A DNA stretch of 64,000 nt, taken from Deltaproteobacteria bacterium (GTDB lineage: Bacteria > Myxococcota_A > Polyangia > Polyangiales > Houyiibacteriaceae). The stretch covers positions 192,001 to 256,000 of the forward strand of contig JAXMNT010000002.1 of the NCBI GenBank assembly GCA_034670305.1. Reading direction: 5' to 3'. Positions 39,396 through 48,646 of the stretch are shown piece by piece (positions within the stretch are counted from its first letter, which is position 1; each line of letters opens with the position of its first letter). The translations under genes were made by a program, and so were the position numbers. The notes under the pieces were generated by a model. That model was given only the letters and a program-made list of their open reading frames with translations, did no database searches and had not been told where the DNA came from.

Positions 39396-39941
39396 GTGGG
39401 CCTCGCCGACCGGGTCGAGTCTCGCGCACCGCTCGCCAGCGTCGTGCGCCAAGTGCCAGGCCGCTCGCCGAACGCGCCCTCGCACGGGCTGAGTGTACTC
39501 ATCGTGCAGGCCGCCCACCCGACGGTCGCGTACGTCGAGATGTTGGTCCCCGACGACTTTCGGATGCCGGCGGTGGCCGAAGTCGCGCTGCTGCATCCGG
39601 CACGCAATGGATGGACGCCGGCGGACGCGCGTCAGTTCGGGCAGCAGGGGTACCGGACCTCGGGCGGACACGACGCCCCGGCGGAGGCACCCGGCTACCC
39701 GCTGGACGAGACGGTGCGAAACCACTTCTTCCGCGGTCTGGCCATCGCCCAGAAACAAGCGATGCGCGTCGTGGCGTGGAGCTGGCCACTGCTCGTGCTC
39801 GATGGGTTCGCGCGGCACGCGTCGCGCCGCATGCTCTACGTCGATCCTTCGGGCACGCACCGCTTGGTGCCCCTCACACCCCACGAGCGGCCGGATGTGC
39901 CGCTCACCGATCCGTTCGCGCGCCGCGACCGCTGGTCCTGA
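39396..39941 (+). CDS. Hypothetical protein
   Basis: Open frame filling the gap after the DGC with gene-like codon bias; no recognised motif. Confidence 0.5.
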   Translation: MGLADRVESRAPLASVVRQVPGRSPNAPSHGLSVLIVQAAHPTVAYVEMLVPDDFRMPAVAEVALLHPARNGWTPADARQFGQQGYRTSGGHDAPAEAPGYPLDETVRNHFFRGLAIAQKQAMRVVAWSWPLLVLDGFARHASRRMLYVDPSGTHRLVPLTPHERPDVPLTDPFARRDRWS

Positions 39942-39966
39942 AGAAGCTGTCCTGAGAGACAGCCGC

Positions 39967-40620
39967 TCAATCGACCCGGTAGCGCGGAGGTTGCACGGGC
40001 GGTGGGGTGCCGAGGCGCAGCCCAGCCACCACCGCGGCCACGAGTCCTGCGGCCATCAGCCAGGCGCCCCAACGGACCTGCACTTCGACTTCGAGGCCGT
40101 AGAGTTGCTCACCGCGCGTGGCGCCCGCGTGGACGCGGTAGATGGTGTAACCGAGGCTCGTGAGGCCGAGCAGCGCCAAGGCCGCCACCGCGAGCCGGCT
40201 TCCCCGCATCGCGCGCGGGGTGCGCCGCCGCATGAGGATCGACAGGAACGTGAAGGCGACCGCCGGCACGACCCAGAGGTTGGCCGCGACCGACGACGCG
40301 GCTTGAAAGCCGGTCGCGAAGGAGTCGCCGTCCGGGTAGCGAATGGTCAACATCGGAAAGAAGAACGCGACCATGGTCAACATGGAGGTCAGCGCGAGCG
40401 GCCAGCGGCCGAACCGAGGCTCGTGAAAACTCACCGGCTCATCGTCTCCCACGACATCGCCGGGACGGCCCTTGTGGAGCTGCTGAAACTCGACCAGTGC
40501 CAGGTCGTGCTCGGGGCAGCGGGACTCGCCTTCGAACGACTCGTGGCAGAACGGGCAGAACAGGACGAGATCGTCGTCGGGTCGTGCGGTGGCCGCGCGC
40601 GCTTCGTCCGCGGGGTCCAC
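39967..40620 (-). CDS. Membrane protein with N-terminal zinc-ribbon (CPFC...CPEH)
   Basis: About four TM segments; start re-assigned to GTG 40620, next to the upstream gene's stop. Confidence 0.65.
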   Translation of the reverse strand: MDPADEARAATARPDDDLVLFCPFCHESFEGESRCPEHDLALVEFQQLHKGRPGDVVGDDEPVSFHEPRFGRWPLALTSMLTMVAFFFPMLTIRYPDGDSFATGFQAASSVAANLWVVPAVAFTFLSILMRRRTPRAMRGSRLAVAALALLGLTSLGYTIYRVHAGATRGEQLYGLEVEVQVRWGAWLMAAGLVAAVVAGLRLGTPPPVQPPRYRVD

Positions 40621-40621
40621 G

Positions 40622-41746
40622 CTAGGCACTCGGCGGGGCGCTGGGCGCGGATTCGGCGTGGGGCGCACCGCAGTGCGGGCAGGCCTGAAGTTCGCGCGCA
40701 AACGGCCCGCCGCAATAGGCGCAGAACACTCGGCCGGGCAGTCCACCGGTGATCTGAGCGAGTTCCGGGTAGAGCACTTCGAGCTCCGCGGTGCTCATGC
40801 GGTCGGTCTCTTCGGCCGGGCTCCAGATGACTTCCATCGCCGCGAGGCTGTGCTGGTCGAGACCCACGAGTTGCTGCAAGAGGCGTCGCAGCGCCTCCGC
40901 GTCCTGCACTTGGCTCACATCCAGGAGCTCCCGCCAGGCGGCGACCACGATCGTCACCACGACCACGCCCTCGCCTTCTTCCGCTTTGGGTTTGGTGCCG
41001 GGCGCATCGCCGACCCGCGTCGATCCATCCGCGTTGCGAATGAGCTCGTGCCGGAAACGCGAGCGTGCGTCGCTGCCGGCCGCGCGAAACGTGTGTTCGG
41101 CTTGTTGAGGGCTGCCTGGTTTGTGGTTCTCGACGCCCGCGTAGAGCCAACCGGTTTCCACCCGGCGGAGGATCATCGCCACCTGTCGCAGCAAGGCCGC
41201 CAACCCCGCCGCGGAGCTTGTGTCGCCGGTGCGTGCGAGCCGGTGCAGTTCTTCCTGCACGTACTTCCGGGCGCGCCAATCGATCCCGAGCTTGAGAACC
41301 GTGACGTCCATGGTGCGAAGCCGGGGGCCCCCGCTGTACTCGCTGTACCCCCGATGGGACGGCCCCCCCTTGGACTTCACCGCAGCGGAGATGCCGTAGA
41401 AGACGAAGAGAAAGATGAGCATCACGACCAGCTGGCCACCGCTCAGCGAACCACCCCTGCCACCCGAACTGGAGCTCCAACTGCTGCTCGACGAGGATCC
41501 CCAGCTGCTCGATCCGCCGGAGTAACCGCCGCCCCCGGAGTACCCCCCACCGCCGCCCCCGCCGGAGAAGCTGCCTCCACCGAAACTGCCCCCGCTGATC
41601 TGTGCTTCGGCGGGCGCCGCAATCGAGAGGATGGGCGCGCACGCGATCAGGACCGCCAGCATCCGCGGCAGGATCGCCGGGACCCGCGGCAGCCAGGGTC
41701 GGCCCGCGCGCACACGGGTGAGGTCGAGAGCAGGCCGGCGCGGCAT
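40622..41746 (-). CDS. DUF1517-domain protein with C-terminal zinc ribbon
   Basis: SGGSFGGGSF Gly-rich N-terminus, VVVTIVVA, EVIWSP...ELEVLYPEL, CAYC...CPHC; start 41746 or 41662. Confidence 0.8.
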   Translation of the reverse strand: MPRRPALDLTRVRAGRPWLPRVPAILPRMLAVLIACAPILSIAAPAEAQISGGSFGGGSFSGGGGGGGYSGGGGYSGGSSSWGSSSSSSWSSSSGGRGGSLSGGQLVVMLIFLFVFYGISAAVKSKGGPSHRGYSEYSGGPRLRTMDVTVLKLGIDWRARKYVQEELHRLARTGDTSSAAGLAALLRQVAMILRRVETGWLYAGVENHKPGSPQQAEHTFRAAGSDARSRFRHELIRNADGSTRVGDAPGTKPKAEEGEGVVVVTIVVAAWRELLDVSQVQDAEALRRLLQQLVGLDQHSLAAMEVIWSPAEETDRMSTAELEVLYPELAQITGGLPGRVFCAYCGGPFARELQACPHCGAPHAESAPSAPPSA

Positions 41747-41843
41747 GCGGCCAAGACTCGCACAGTCACCGAACGATGGCGACGCAGAGTTCTGTTGGCT
41801 TCCGCTTCTCACCCGGCGCCGTCGCCTGCTAGGGTCCCGCGCG

Positions 41844-42764
41844 ATGGCGCTCATCGAGCTGCAGAACGTCGAGAAGCGGTACGGCGAACTCGCCGCGCTC
41901 AAAGACGTGACCTTGAACCTCGAGGCCGGACGCATTGGGCTGCTGGGACCCAACGGCGCGGGCAAGAGCACGCTGCTCAAGACCCTGCTCGGTCTCGTAC
42001 GACACGACAGCGGCATGGTGAAAGTGTTCGGGGAAGACGTGGCCGACGACCCGTTCGGGGTGCGTGCCCGGATCGGCTACATGCCCGAAGGCGACTCGGT
42101 CCTCCCAGAGCTGAGCGCGCTCAAGTTCGCGACCTTCGCCGCCGAGCTGTGTGGGCTGCCCAAGAACGAAGCCCGCGGACGGGCCCACCAGGTGCTGCAC
42201 TACGTCGGCCTGGGCGAAGCCCGGTACCGGAGGCTCGGGAGTTTCTCGACCGGCATGAAGCAGCGCGCGCGGCTGGCGCAGGCGCTCGTCGGCGACCCGC
42301 GACTGCTCTTGCTCGACGAGCCGACCAGCGGCCTCGACCCGCGTGGCCGCGACGAGATGCTGGCCCTGGTGCGGGACATCCCGGAGCGCACCGGCGCGAG
42401 CGTGATCCTCTCGACCCACATTCTTCCCGACGTGGAGAAGGTCTGTGACCAGGTCGTGCTCCTTGCGGGAGGCGAAATCCTCTACGCGGGGGCCCTGGAG
42501 CCGCTCATCGCCCCCGAGAGCGGCGTCTACGAGGTGCGCGCCAAGGGCGATCCCGACGTCCTCCGCCGGGCCCTAGAAGCCGAGCGCTGCCTCGTGAAAC
42601 GGGTGGGTGCCAACCTCGAAGTACGCGTCCCAGAAGGGGAAACGCCGAGGTTCATCCTCAAGACCGCCCTCGCCCAGGGCCTGCAGGTCCGCCACCTCGC
42701 GCCCCTCGTCAAGACGCTCGAGCGCGCGTTCATGCAGACTTTGCGTGATGCGGGCAAAGTCTGA
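41844..42764 (+). CDS. ABC transporter ATP-binding protein (ABC-2 type)
   Basis: GPNGAGKST, FSTGMKQR, LLLDEPT, STH. Confidence 0.93.
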   Translation: MALIELQNVEKRYGELAALKDVTLNLEAGRIGLLGPNGAGKSTLLKTLLGLVRHDSGMVKVFGEDVADDPFGVRARIGYMPEGDSVLPELSALKFATFAAELCGLPKNEARGRAHQVLHYVGLGEARYRRLGSFSTGMKQRARLAQALVGDPRLLLLDEPTSGLDPRGRDEMLALVRDIPERTGASVILSTHILPDVEKVCDQVVLLAGGEILYAGALEPLIAPESGVYEVRAKGDPDVLRRALEAERCLVKRVGANLEVRVPEGETPRFILKTALAQGLQVRHLAPLVKTLERAFMQTLRDAGKV

Positions 42765-42869
42765 GCGCCCATCCCCGACAAACGTGGTGGATGACCACTC
42801 CTGGGCCGGCGGGGGCGCAGGAGGACGCGGGCGCTGGATAGTGGCCGGCGACTGTGGTAACCGCGCCCG

Positions 42870-43319
42870 GTGACGCAGGGGGACATCGGCATCCGGAGGC
42901 TCGAGAAGGCCGACTACGACTACGTCGTCTCGGTGCTCGATCGCTGGTGGGGCGGGCCTTCGGGTCAGCGCGCCGACCCAATGTACCTCTACGAATTCGG
43001 GGAACACGCGCTCGTCGCCGAGTCCGATGGGCAGGTGATCGGGTTCTTGCTCGGATTCGTCGTGCACGCGCTCGGGTTCATCCACCTCGTGGGCATCGAC
43101 CCGACCCATCGGCGCCGCCACGTCGGCCAAGCGTTGTACGAGCGGTTCACCACCAAATGCGCCGCAGCCGGCGTGCAAGAACTCAAGGCCATCGCGGCGG
43201 TTGGCAACGAAGCCTCGGTGGCGTTTCACGTGGCCCTCGGGTTCTCGGCCGAAGAGGTCGACGACTACGCGGGACCCGGCCGCGCGCGTTTGGTCTTCAG
43301 CAAGCGACTGACGGAATGA
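42870..43319 (+). CDS. GNAT-family N-acetyltransferase
   Basis: IHLVGIDPTHRRRHVG, N..SVAFH..LGF. Confidence 0.85.
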   Translation: MTQGDIGIRRLEKADYDYVVSVLDRWWGGPSGQRADPMYLYEFGEHALVAESDGQVIGFLLGFVVHALGFIHLVGIDPTHRRRHVGQALYERFTTKCAAAGVQELKAIAAVGNEASVAFHVALGFSAEEVDDYAGPGRARLVFSKRLTE

Positions 43320-43530
43320 AGCCGACCGGGCGAAGCGGAGCGCAGCGAAGCGAGTCTCACCGGACGGGTTTTGGGGGCCGCCAAAGGAATCAGGATGAAG
43401 CTTTGATTCCCAAAGCCTGGCCGATCTATGCTCGCGCCGCTGAGGTGGGCATGTCAGGTCAAATGACCGAGTGTGAGTTCCTCCTGCAGACGTTGATTCA
43501 GACGTGCGCGGGCCTGGGACGGAGGAAGCT

Positions 43531-44298
43531 ATGAGCTATTCGGGGGCCGAGCAGGCCCGTGCGGCACGTGAGTCTCTCGGGCAGGCGCTTCAAGCCCTGC
43601 AGCAAGACCCCAACATCCCGGAGGATGTGATGGCGGTTGCGCAGAACATCGCCCAGTCGGTGGGTGCGCTCTTCGAGGCGGAGAAGGCGACTTCCGAACC
43701 GGACGGGAAGTCCTGCGTGAAGAACGCACTCGGCTCGCTCAGCCAAACGCTGGCCCTGCTCCAAGACGTGCGAAGCAAACACGCCGGCATCGGTGTGGCG
43801 ACGGAGGTCATCGCGAAGACGATGAGCGTCCTGTACCCGCTGACCACGGTGCCTTCGAAGGCACCGCCGGCGATGGGCGATGGGGCGCAGACGGTGAAGG
43901 ATCCGAAGCCGCCAGTGCAACCGCATGCGCCGCCTTCGATGATGCCGCCCTCCGCACCGGCCTCCACCGGTCCCCGCGTCGACCTGGAAGCGAACATCGG
44001 GGCGACGACCGAGTCGAACTTCTACGTCGGATTCTCGGGCGAGATCGCCGATGGTGGTGTGTTCGTGAGCACCTACGAGGTGCTGGCCAAGAACACGAGC
44101 GTGAAGGTCCTCGTCACCCTTCCCGGCAACTTCGAGTTCCACGCGATGGGCTGGGTGCGGTTCGTGCGCGATCCGTTCGACATGAACAGCGAAGCCGAGC
44201 CGGGCATGGGCGTGCAGTTCGAGTCGCTCGACGCCAAGGCGCGGGAACTGGTGCTGCGGTTCGTGCGCAAGCGCCCGCCGATGTTCTACGAAGACTGA
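43531..44298 (+). CDS. Helical N-terminal domain plus TIGR02266-type PilZ domain
   Basis: ESNFYVGFSGEIADGGVFV, VRFVR, PGMGVQF, FVRKRPPMFY. Confidence 0.8.
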   Translation: MSYSGAEQARAARESLGQALQALQQDPNIPEDVMAVAQNIAQSVGALFEAEKATSEPDGKSCVKNALGSLSQTLALLQDVRSKHAGIGVATEVIAKTMSVLYPLTTVPSKAPPAMGDGAQTVKDPKPPVQPHAPPSMMPPSAPASTGPRVDLEANIGATTESNFYVGFSGEIADGGVFVSTYEVLAKNTSVKVLVTLPGNFEFHAMGWVRFVRDPFDMNSEAEPGMGVQFESLDAKARELVLRFVRKRPPMFYED

Positions 44299-44321
44299 CG
44301 ACCGGTTCGGCGCTGGCTGCG

Positions 44322-44426
44322 GGAACCGCAGTGCTGGCCTCCGGAACCGCAGTGCTGGCCTCCGGAACCGCAGTGCTGGCCTCCGGAACCGCAGTGCTGG
44401 CCTCCGGAACCGCAGTGCTGGCTCTG
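44322..44426. repeat. 21-bp tandem repeat GGAACCGCAGTGCTGGCCTCC x4 plus one degenerate copy
   Basis: Head-to-tail copies, no spacers; intergenic. Confidence 0.95.
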
Positions 44427-44453
44427 GAAGGCACAGCGCGCTACCGTCCCTCG

Positions 44454-45035
44454 GTGATCATTCGCAAGGCTGCGTTGCGGCCGGTGCCGAAATGGGCGGT
44501 GGTGGAAGCGCACACCATTCATGCGGTCGAGTCGGAACTCGACGAGGGCGACGACTCCCTGCAGGACACCCTCGACCGCGCCTTCTCGGAGCTGGATCGA
44601 CGGCAGCCGATCGTCGCCGAATGGCTGGCGGATCAACTCGCGCAAACCCGCGACGAGCTCGTTCAGTCCCTGGGCTACTTCCTCTCGGTCACCGTCTACC
44701 TCGCGTTCCGCGACGCGTTCCCGACCCGCCTGCACGGGGTGGACGAATCGGGCCTGCGCATGGCGCGCGAGACGCTCTCGGCCGACGAAGAGATCCGCGC
44801 CGCCGACCCGACCGAGATCCTCGACAGCGACGACATCCTCGCGATGAGTCAGCCCGCGCTCATCGCGTTCGTGCAGCATCACGTCGACGAAGCGCTCGAA
44901 CAAGGCGAAGGCGAGATCGATCTCGACGAACTCGAGCGCGTGTACCGGTCGATCTTGGTTCAAGTGATCGCCATGAGCCATTCGGTGGCCTCGCCGAGCG
45001 GACAACTCGGTCCGTCCCGGGACATGCTCGCGTGA
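44454..45035 (+). CDS. Hypothetical acidic helical protein
   Basis: Gene-like codon usage; duplicated QP motif (RRQP, MSQP); start re-assigned downstream of the 21-bp repeat. Confidence 0.65.
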   Translation: MIIRKAALRPVPKWAVVEAHTIHAVESELDEGDDSLQDTLDRAFSELDRRQPIVAEWLADQLAQTRDELVQSLGYFLSVTVYLAFRDAFPTRLHGVDESGLRMARETLSADEEIRAADPTEILDSDDILAMSQPALIAFVQHHVDEALEQGEGEIDLDELERVYRSILVQVIAMSHSVASPSGQLGPSRDMLA

Positions 45036-45976
45036 ACACGCGCGCCACCGGTTGGGCGCTGGCCCTTCTGTTGGCGACCGGGTGTGTGGTCGAAGAGACC
45101 GGCCGCATCCAGCAGCCCATCGCGGCGTACTGCGTCGCGGAGGTGCGGGGCGTGGGACCGGTCGACGTGGAGACGGACTACCTGCCCAACGTCGTGAACT
45201 GCGAGAACGGGGGCGCGGCGTTCGAGGCGCTCAAAGCCCAGGCGATCGCGGCGCGCACGTACCTCTACTACAAACTGGATTCCGCTGGTTCGATCGCCGA
45301 CGGCACCAGCGACCAGGTCTACTCGTGCGGTCGCACGCCACGCGAAGAACACTACGAAGCGGTGCGACAGACGGCAGGCATCGTGCTGCAGTACACCGGC
45401 GAGACCATCGCCGGGTTCTTCGTCGCCGGGTCGCGTCAGATGGGCCCGAGCTGCCGCGGGGGCATGGACGACCCGACCAACACCGAGCGCTACGTGACCT
45501 ACAACGAAGGCCGCAGCGGCGACGACGTCGAGCAGACCACGCTCGGCTGGGTGAACCCGCGCAACATCTACAACCGCGGTTGTTTCTCCCAGAATGGCTC
45601 CCACTGTTTGGCGGGATCCGGCTGGGAAGCGCTCGACATGGTGCGGTTCTACTACGGCGACGACATCGAGATTGAAATCGCCGAAGGCGCATGCGTCGAT
45701 CCACCGGTCCTCGATGCGGGCGTCGACGCGGGCGTCGATGCGGGGCTTGTCCCAACCGATGCTGGAACGAACGAAGACACCGGGGCCGCCGAAGATGCGG
45801 GAACCGAAGTGGACGCGGCGGCCAGCGACGCGGCGACCGTCGGCGTCATCGAACCGCGGCCTGGCGCGCGACCGATCGCGTCCGGTGGCTGCGCGGTCGG
45901 ATCCGATTCTGCCGGTTCCGAGAGCGGCGCCCTACTCTTCTTCGCGGTGCTGCTCTTCGGTCGTCGACGCCGGTAG
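45032..45976 (+). CDS. SpoIID/LytB-domain lipoprotein with MYXO-CTERM-like tail
   Basis: YLPNVVNCE, EALKAQAIAARTY, DQVY, FYY; ATGC lipobox; SGGC...TM...RRRR C-terminus. Confidence 0.8.
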   Translation: MNTRATGWALALLLATGCVVEETGRIQQPIAAYCVAEVRGVGPVDVETDYLPNVVNCENGGAAFEALKAQAIAARTYLYYKLDSAGSIADGTSDQVYSCGRTPREEHYEAVRQTAGIVLQYTGETIAGFFVAGSRQMGPSCRGGMDDPTNTERYVTYNEGRSGDDVEQTTLGWVNPRNIYNRGCFSQNGSHCLAGSGWEALDMVRFYYGDDIEIEIAEGACVDPPVLDAGVDAGVDAGLVPTDAGTNEDTGAAEDAGTEVDAAASDAATVGVIEPRPGARPIASGGCAVGSDSAGSESGALLFFAVLLFGRRRR

Positions 45977-47224
45977 ACGTTTGGTCGGAAGGTCGAGTGG
46001 CTTTCCGAAGAACAGTCCGCGTTTCATGCCGGCCATGGTCTGGACCATCAGCCGACGCGCGCCAGGGATGAACCGCGCCATCGGAAACGCGAAGTCCCGA
46101 ACCCATCCGGTGACGGCCGAGCTGCTCTGGAAGAACGGCGTGATCGCGCGGTTGATCCAGCCGTAGTACCCGAGGTGTTCGGAGCGCGCTTTCTGATACG
46201 CCGCGAGCGCCGTGCCGACGTCGACGTCCCGCGCGAGTTCCTGGGCGAGCACTTCGGCGTCGATGAGCGCGAGGTTGCTGCCCTGCCCGAGCTGTGGACT
46301 CATCGCGTGCGCTGCGTCGCCGATGAACACCACGTGTGCGCCATCGTACTCGTGCCAGTAGGACGCCATGCGCACGTCGCGGTACGCCGCGAAGAGCACT
46401 TGCTGGTGGTCGTGAATCTGGGCGAGCAAGGGCTCTGCGCGCGGCTCGAAACGGAGGATGGTGTCCTTCCATGGCTGCAAGCCGCGTCGCCGAACCTCGT
46501 TGCGCCACTCGGCTTCTCGATCGACGCGCGTGCTCCAGAACATGCTGGTGAGCGGCGGGTCGTCGGTGGGGTCGTCGTCGCGAATCGGCCCGCGGCCGCT
46601 GGGGAGAAACCCGAGCATGTGGTCGGCCCCCTGAACGACCTGTTCGAGCGTGTCGGGAAACGCGCCGCCAGGATCTTCGGCGACGAACCACAACGCGCCC
46701 CACGGGTACGGTTTGTCGAGACGGCCCGGGAACCGCGCGGTGCGGATCTGAGAGCGCGCGCCATCGGCGACCACGAGCAAATCGTGAGGACCGTGCGTGC
46801 GTCCCTTGGCATCGACCAGCCGGCCACCGGGCAGCGCATCGACCACCGCGACACCGAGTTTCACGTCGATCGCCGTGCGCAGTTGAACCTCATCGAAGAG
46901 CGCTTGAAAGAGCACGCCGCGGTGCAGTCCGAGCCCCGTGAGATCTTCCCGCTCGAGCGCGTAGGGAAGTTCGAACAGGAACTCGCCGGTGGAACGTCGA
47001 CCGCGCAGCCCACGGACCGGCGCACCGCGGCTCTGCACGAAGTCGTACACGCCGAGCCGCTGAAGCACCGCGGCACCGGTCGGTTGCAGCAGGATGCCCG
47101 CACCCACCGGACCGGGTTTCTCCACCGCTTCGTAGAGCGTGACCTGCGCGCCATCGCGCGCGAGCCCGAGCGCCGCCGCACACCCCGCGAAGCCCGCACC
47201 CACGATCCCAACACTCAACCCCAT
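45932..47224 (-). CDS. FAD-dependent monooxygenase
   Basis: VGAGFAG, ADGARS, IGDAAHAMSPQLGQGSN. Confidence 0.9.
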   Translation of the reverse strand: MGLSVGIVGAGFAGCAAALGLARDGAQVTLYEAVEKPGPVGAGILLQPTGAAVLQRLGVYDFVQSRGAPVRGLRGRRSTGEFLFELPYALEREDLTGLGLHRGVLFQALFDEVQLRTAIDVKLGVAVVDALPGGRLVDAKGRTHGPHDLLVVADGARSQIRTARFPGRLDKPYPWGALWFVAEDPGGAFPDTLEQVVQGADHMLGFLPSGRGPIRDDDPTDDPPLTSMFWSTRVDREAEWRNEVRRRGLQPWKDTILRFEPRAEPLLAQIHDHQQVLFAAYRDVRMASYWHEYDGAHVVFIGDAAHAMSPQLGQGSNLALIDAEVLAQELARDVDVGTALAAYQKARSEHLGYYGWINRAITPFFQSSSAVTGWVRDFAFPMARFIPGARRLMVQTMAGMKRGLFFGKPLDLPTKRLPASTTEEQHREEE

Positions 47225-47285
47225 GATGCCGTGCTCGTTTTCTCCGGCGCGCCGGTTCCGGTTGTGGGCAGCCGCGTGGTCGCGT

Positions 47286-48149
47286 TCATGCGTCGGGATC
47301 CGACTTCAGCATCGCCTCCACCTCGGCATGTGCTTCGGCCAGTTCTTCCGACATCTCGGCCGGCGCGCCGGTCGGCTCGGCCTCCGCTTCGACGCGTGCG
47401 CGGACCCGCGGTTCCGGCTGCCCCTTGGCGCGCAACTCCCGGAAGACGTACTTCACGAAGCCGTCCGTCGTGAGTTCGGCCGAGATGCGGGAGCCGTCGG
47501 TCATTGCGCCGAGCGCTGCTTCCGCTTGCTGGGCGGAGATGCCGAGTCCCCGCGACACATCGGTCACCGTGAGCACCCCCTCGGACTTCTCGGCGAGCGC
47601 GAGGATCGCCAGCTCCGTGGAGGCGGCGACCGAATGATCGGCGTTCTCCTGTGCGCGCGCCGCCGCCCGCAGCGAGAGCGCGCCCACGCCGGCACCGCTG
47701 CCGCCCAGCGCAGCGGCGACGAGGAACCCGCCCACGCCTGGAATGAGAATCGCCGCCGCGGCAGCCGCGAGCACACCACCCGCGATCGCAAAGATGCCCA
47801 GCGCTCGGTAGCCGGTCCCGGCGGATCGGGACACGGCCCGCGGCGGGACGTGTTGCGGGGTCGCGGCCGCACCGCTGGCGGCAGCCGCTTGGCCCACGAC
47901 CTGAGGCGCGGCCCGCGTGCGCGGGGTGATGAGCGGCGCCGGGTCGTCGACGATGGTGGTGCCATCCACCAGCTGGCGCGGTTTGTTGCACGCCATGCAC
48001 ACGTACCCCGTGTTGCTGGCGCGGACCGCCGCGATCGCATGGCAGTGCGGGCACCGGTTCGCTTCGCCGAACACCGAGCCGCAGCCGGGACATCGTGCGG
48101 CACCCGGCGGCACCTTGGTTCCGCACGTGGAGCAGGTCGACGCCGACAC
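47286..48149 (-). CDS. Zinc-ribbon membrane protein
   Basis: Four CxxC pairs, two TM helices, small C-terminal HTH-like domain. Confidence 0.65.
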   Translation of the reverse strand: MSASTCSTCGTKVPPGAARCPGCGSVFGEANRCPHCHAIAAVRASNTGYVCMACNKPRQLVDGTTIVDDPAPLITPRTRAAPQVVGQAAAASGAAATPQHVPPRAVSRSAGTGYRALGIFAIAGGVLAAAAAAILIPGVGGFLVAAALGGSGAGVGALSLRAAARAQENADHSVAASTELAILALAEKSEGVLTVTDVSRGLGISAQQAEAALGAMTDGSRISAELTTDGFVKYVFRELRAKGQPEPRVRARVEAEAEPTGAPAEMSEELAEAHAEVEAMLKSDPDA

Positions 48150-48152
48150 GGG

Positions 48153-48563
48153 TCAGTCCTCGCCGAGGAGCTGATTCATGGACGCCTCATCGGCAGGCGT
48201 GAACGGGTACCGGTCGAACTCGTCGCTCGTGACCCATCGGTAGTCCTGAACGGCCTTGCACTCGATGGACGCTTCGGGATCGACCAGCACGCACTGATAG
48301 AGGTACAGGTCGACCGTGTACTTCTCGTAGGGGTGGCTGACGAAGCTGATGAGCTCGCCCACCTCGACCGCGACACGCAGCCGCTCTTCGAGCTCGCGGG
48401 CCAGCGCCTCCGCGTCGGACTCGCGGTCCTCGACCCGGCCCCCCGGGAACTCCCAGAGGTTGGGGAGAACGGCATTCTCCCTCCGCTGAGTGATGAGGTA
48501 TCGACCGTCTCGCTCCACCACTGCGGCGACCACACGAATCGTCTTCCGCGGCTGTTCCGACAC
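48153..48563 (-). CDS. NUDIX hydrolase (MutT/NudG-like)
   Basis: WEFPGGRVEDRESDAEALARELEE Nudix box; PAD. Confidence 0.9.
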   Translation of the reverse strand: MSEQPRKTIRVVAAVVERDGRYLITQRRENAVLPNLWEFPGGRVEDRESDAEALARELEERLRVAVEVGELISFVSHPYEKYTVDLYLYQCVLVDPEASIECKAVQDYRWVTSDEFDRYPFTPADEASMNQLLGED

Positions 48564-48646
48564 GACGGCGACGTATACACCATCCAGACAACCTGCTTCT
48601 ACCTGCTTCGAGAAATTCGGCCGACCTGCGACACTGCGGTCCGAGC

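Noticed and set aside
44322-44426. Possible CRISPR array
   Set aside because: Units are head-to-tail with no unique spacers and there are no cas genes; it is a minisatellite.
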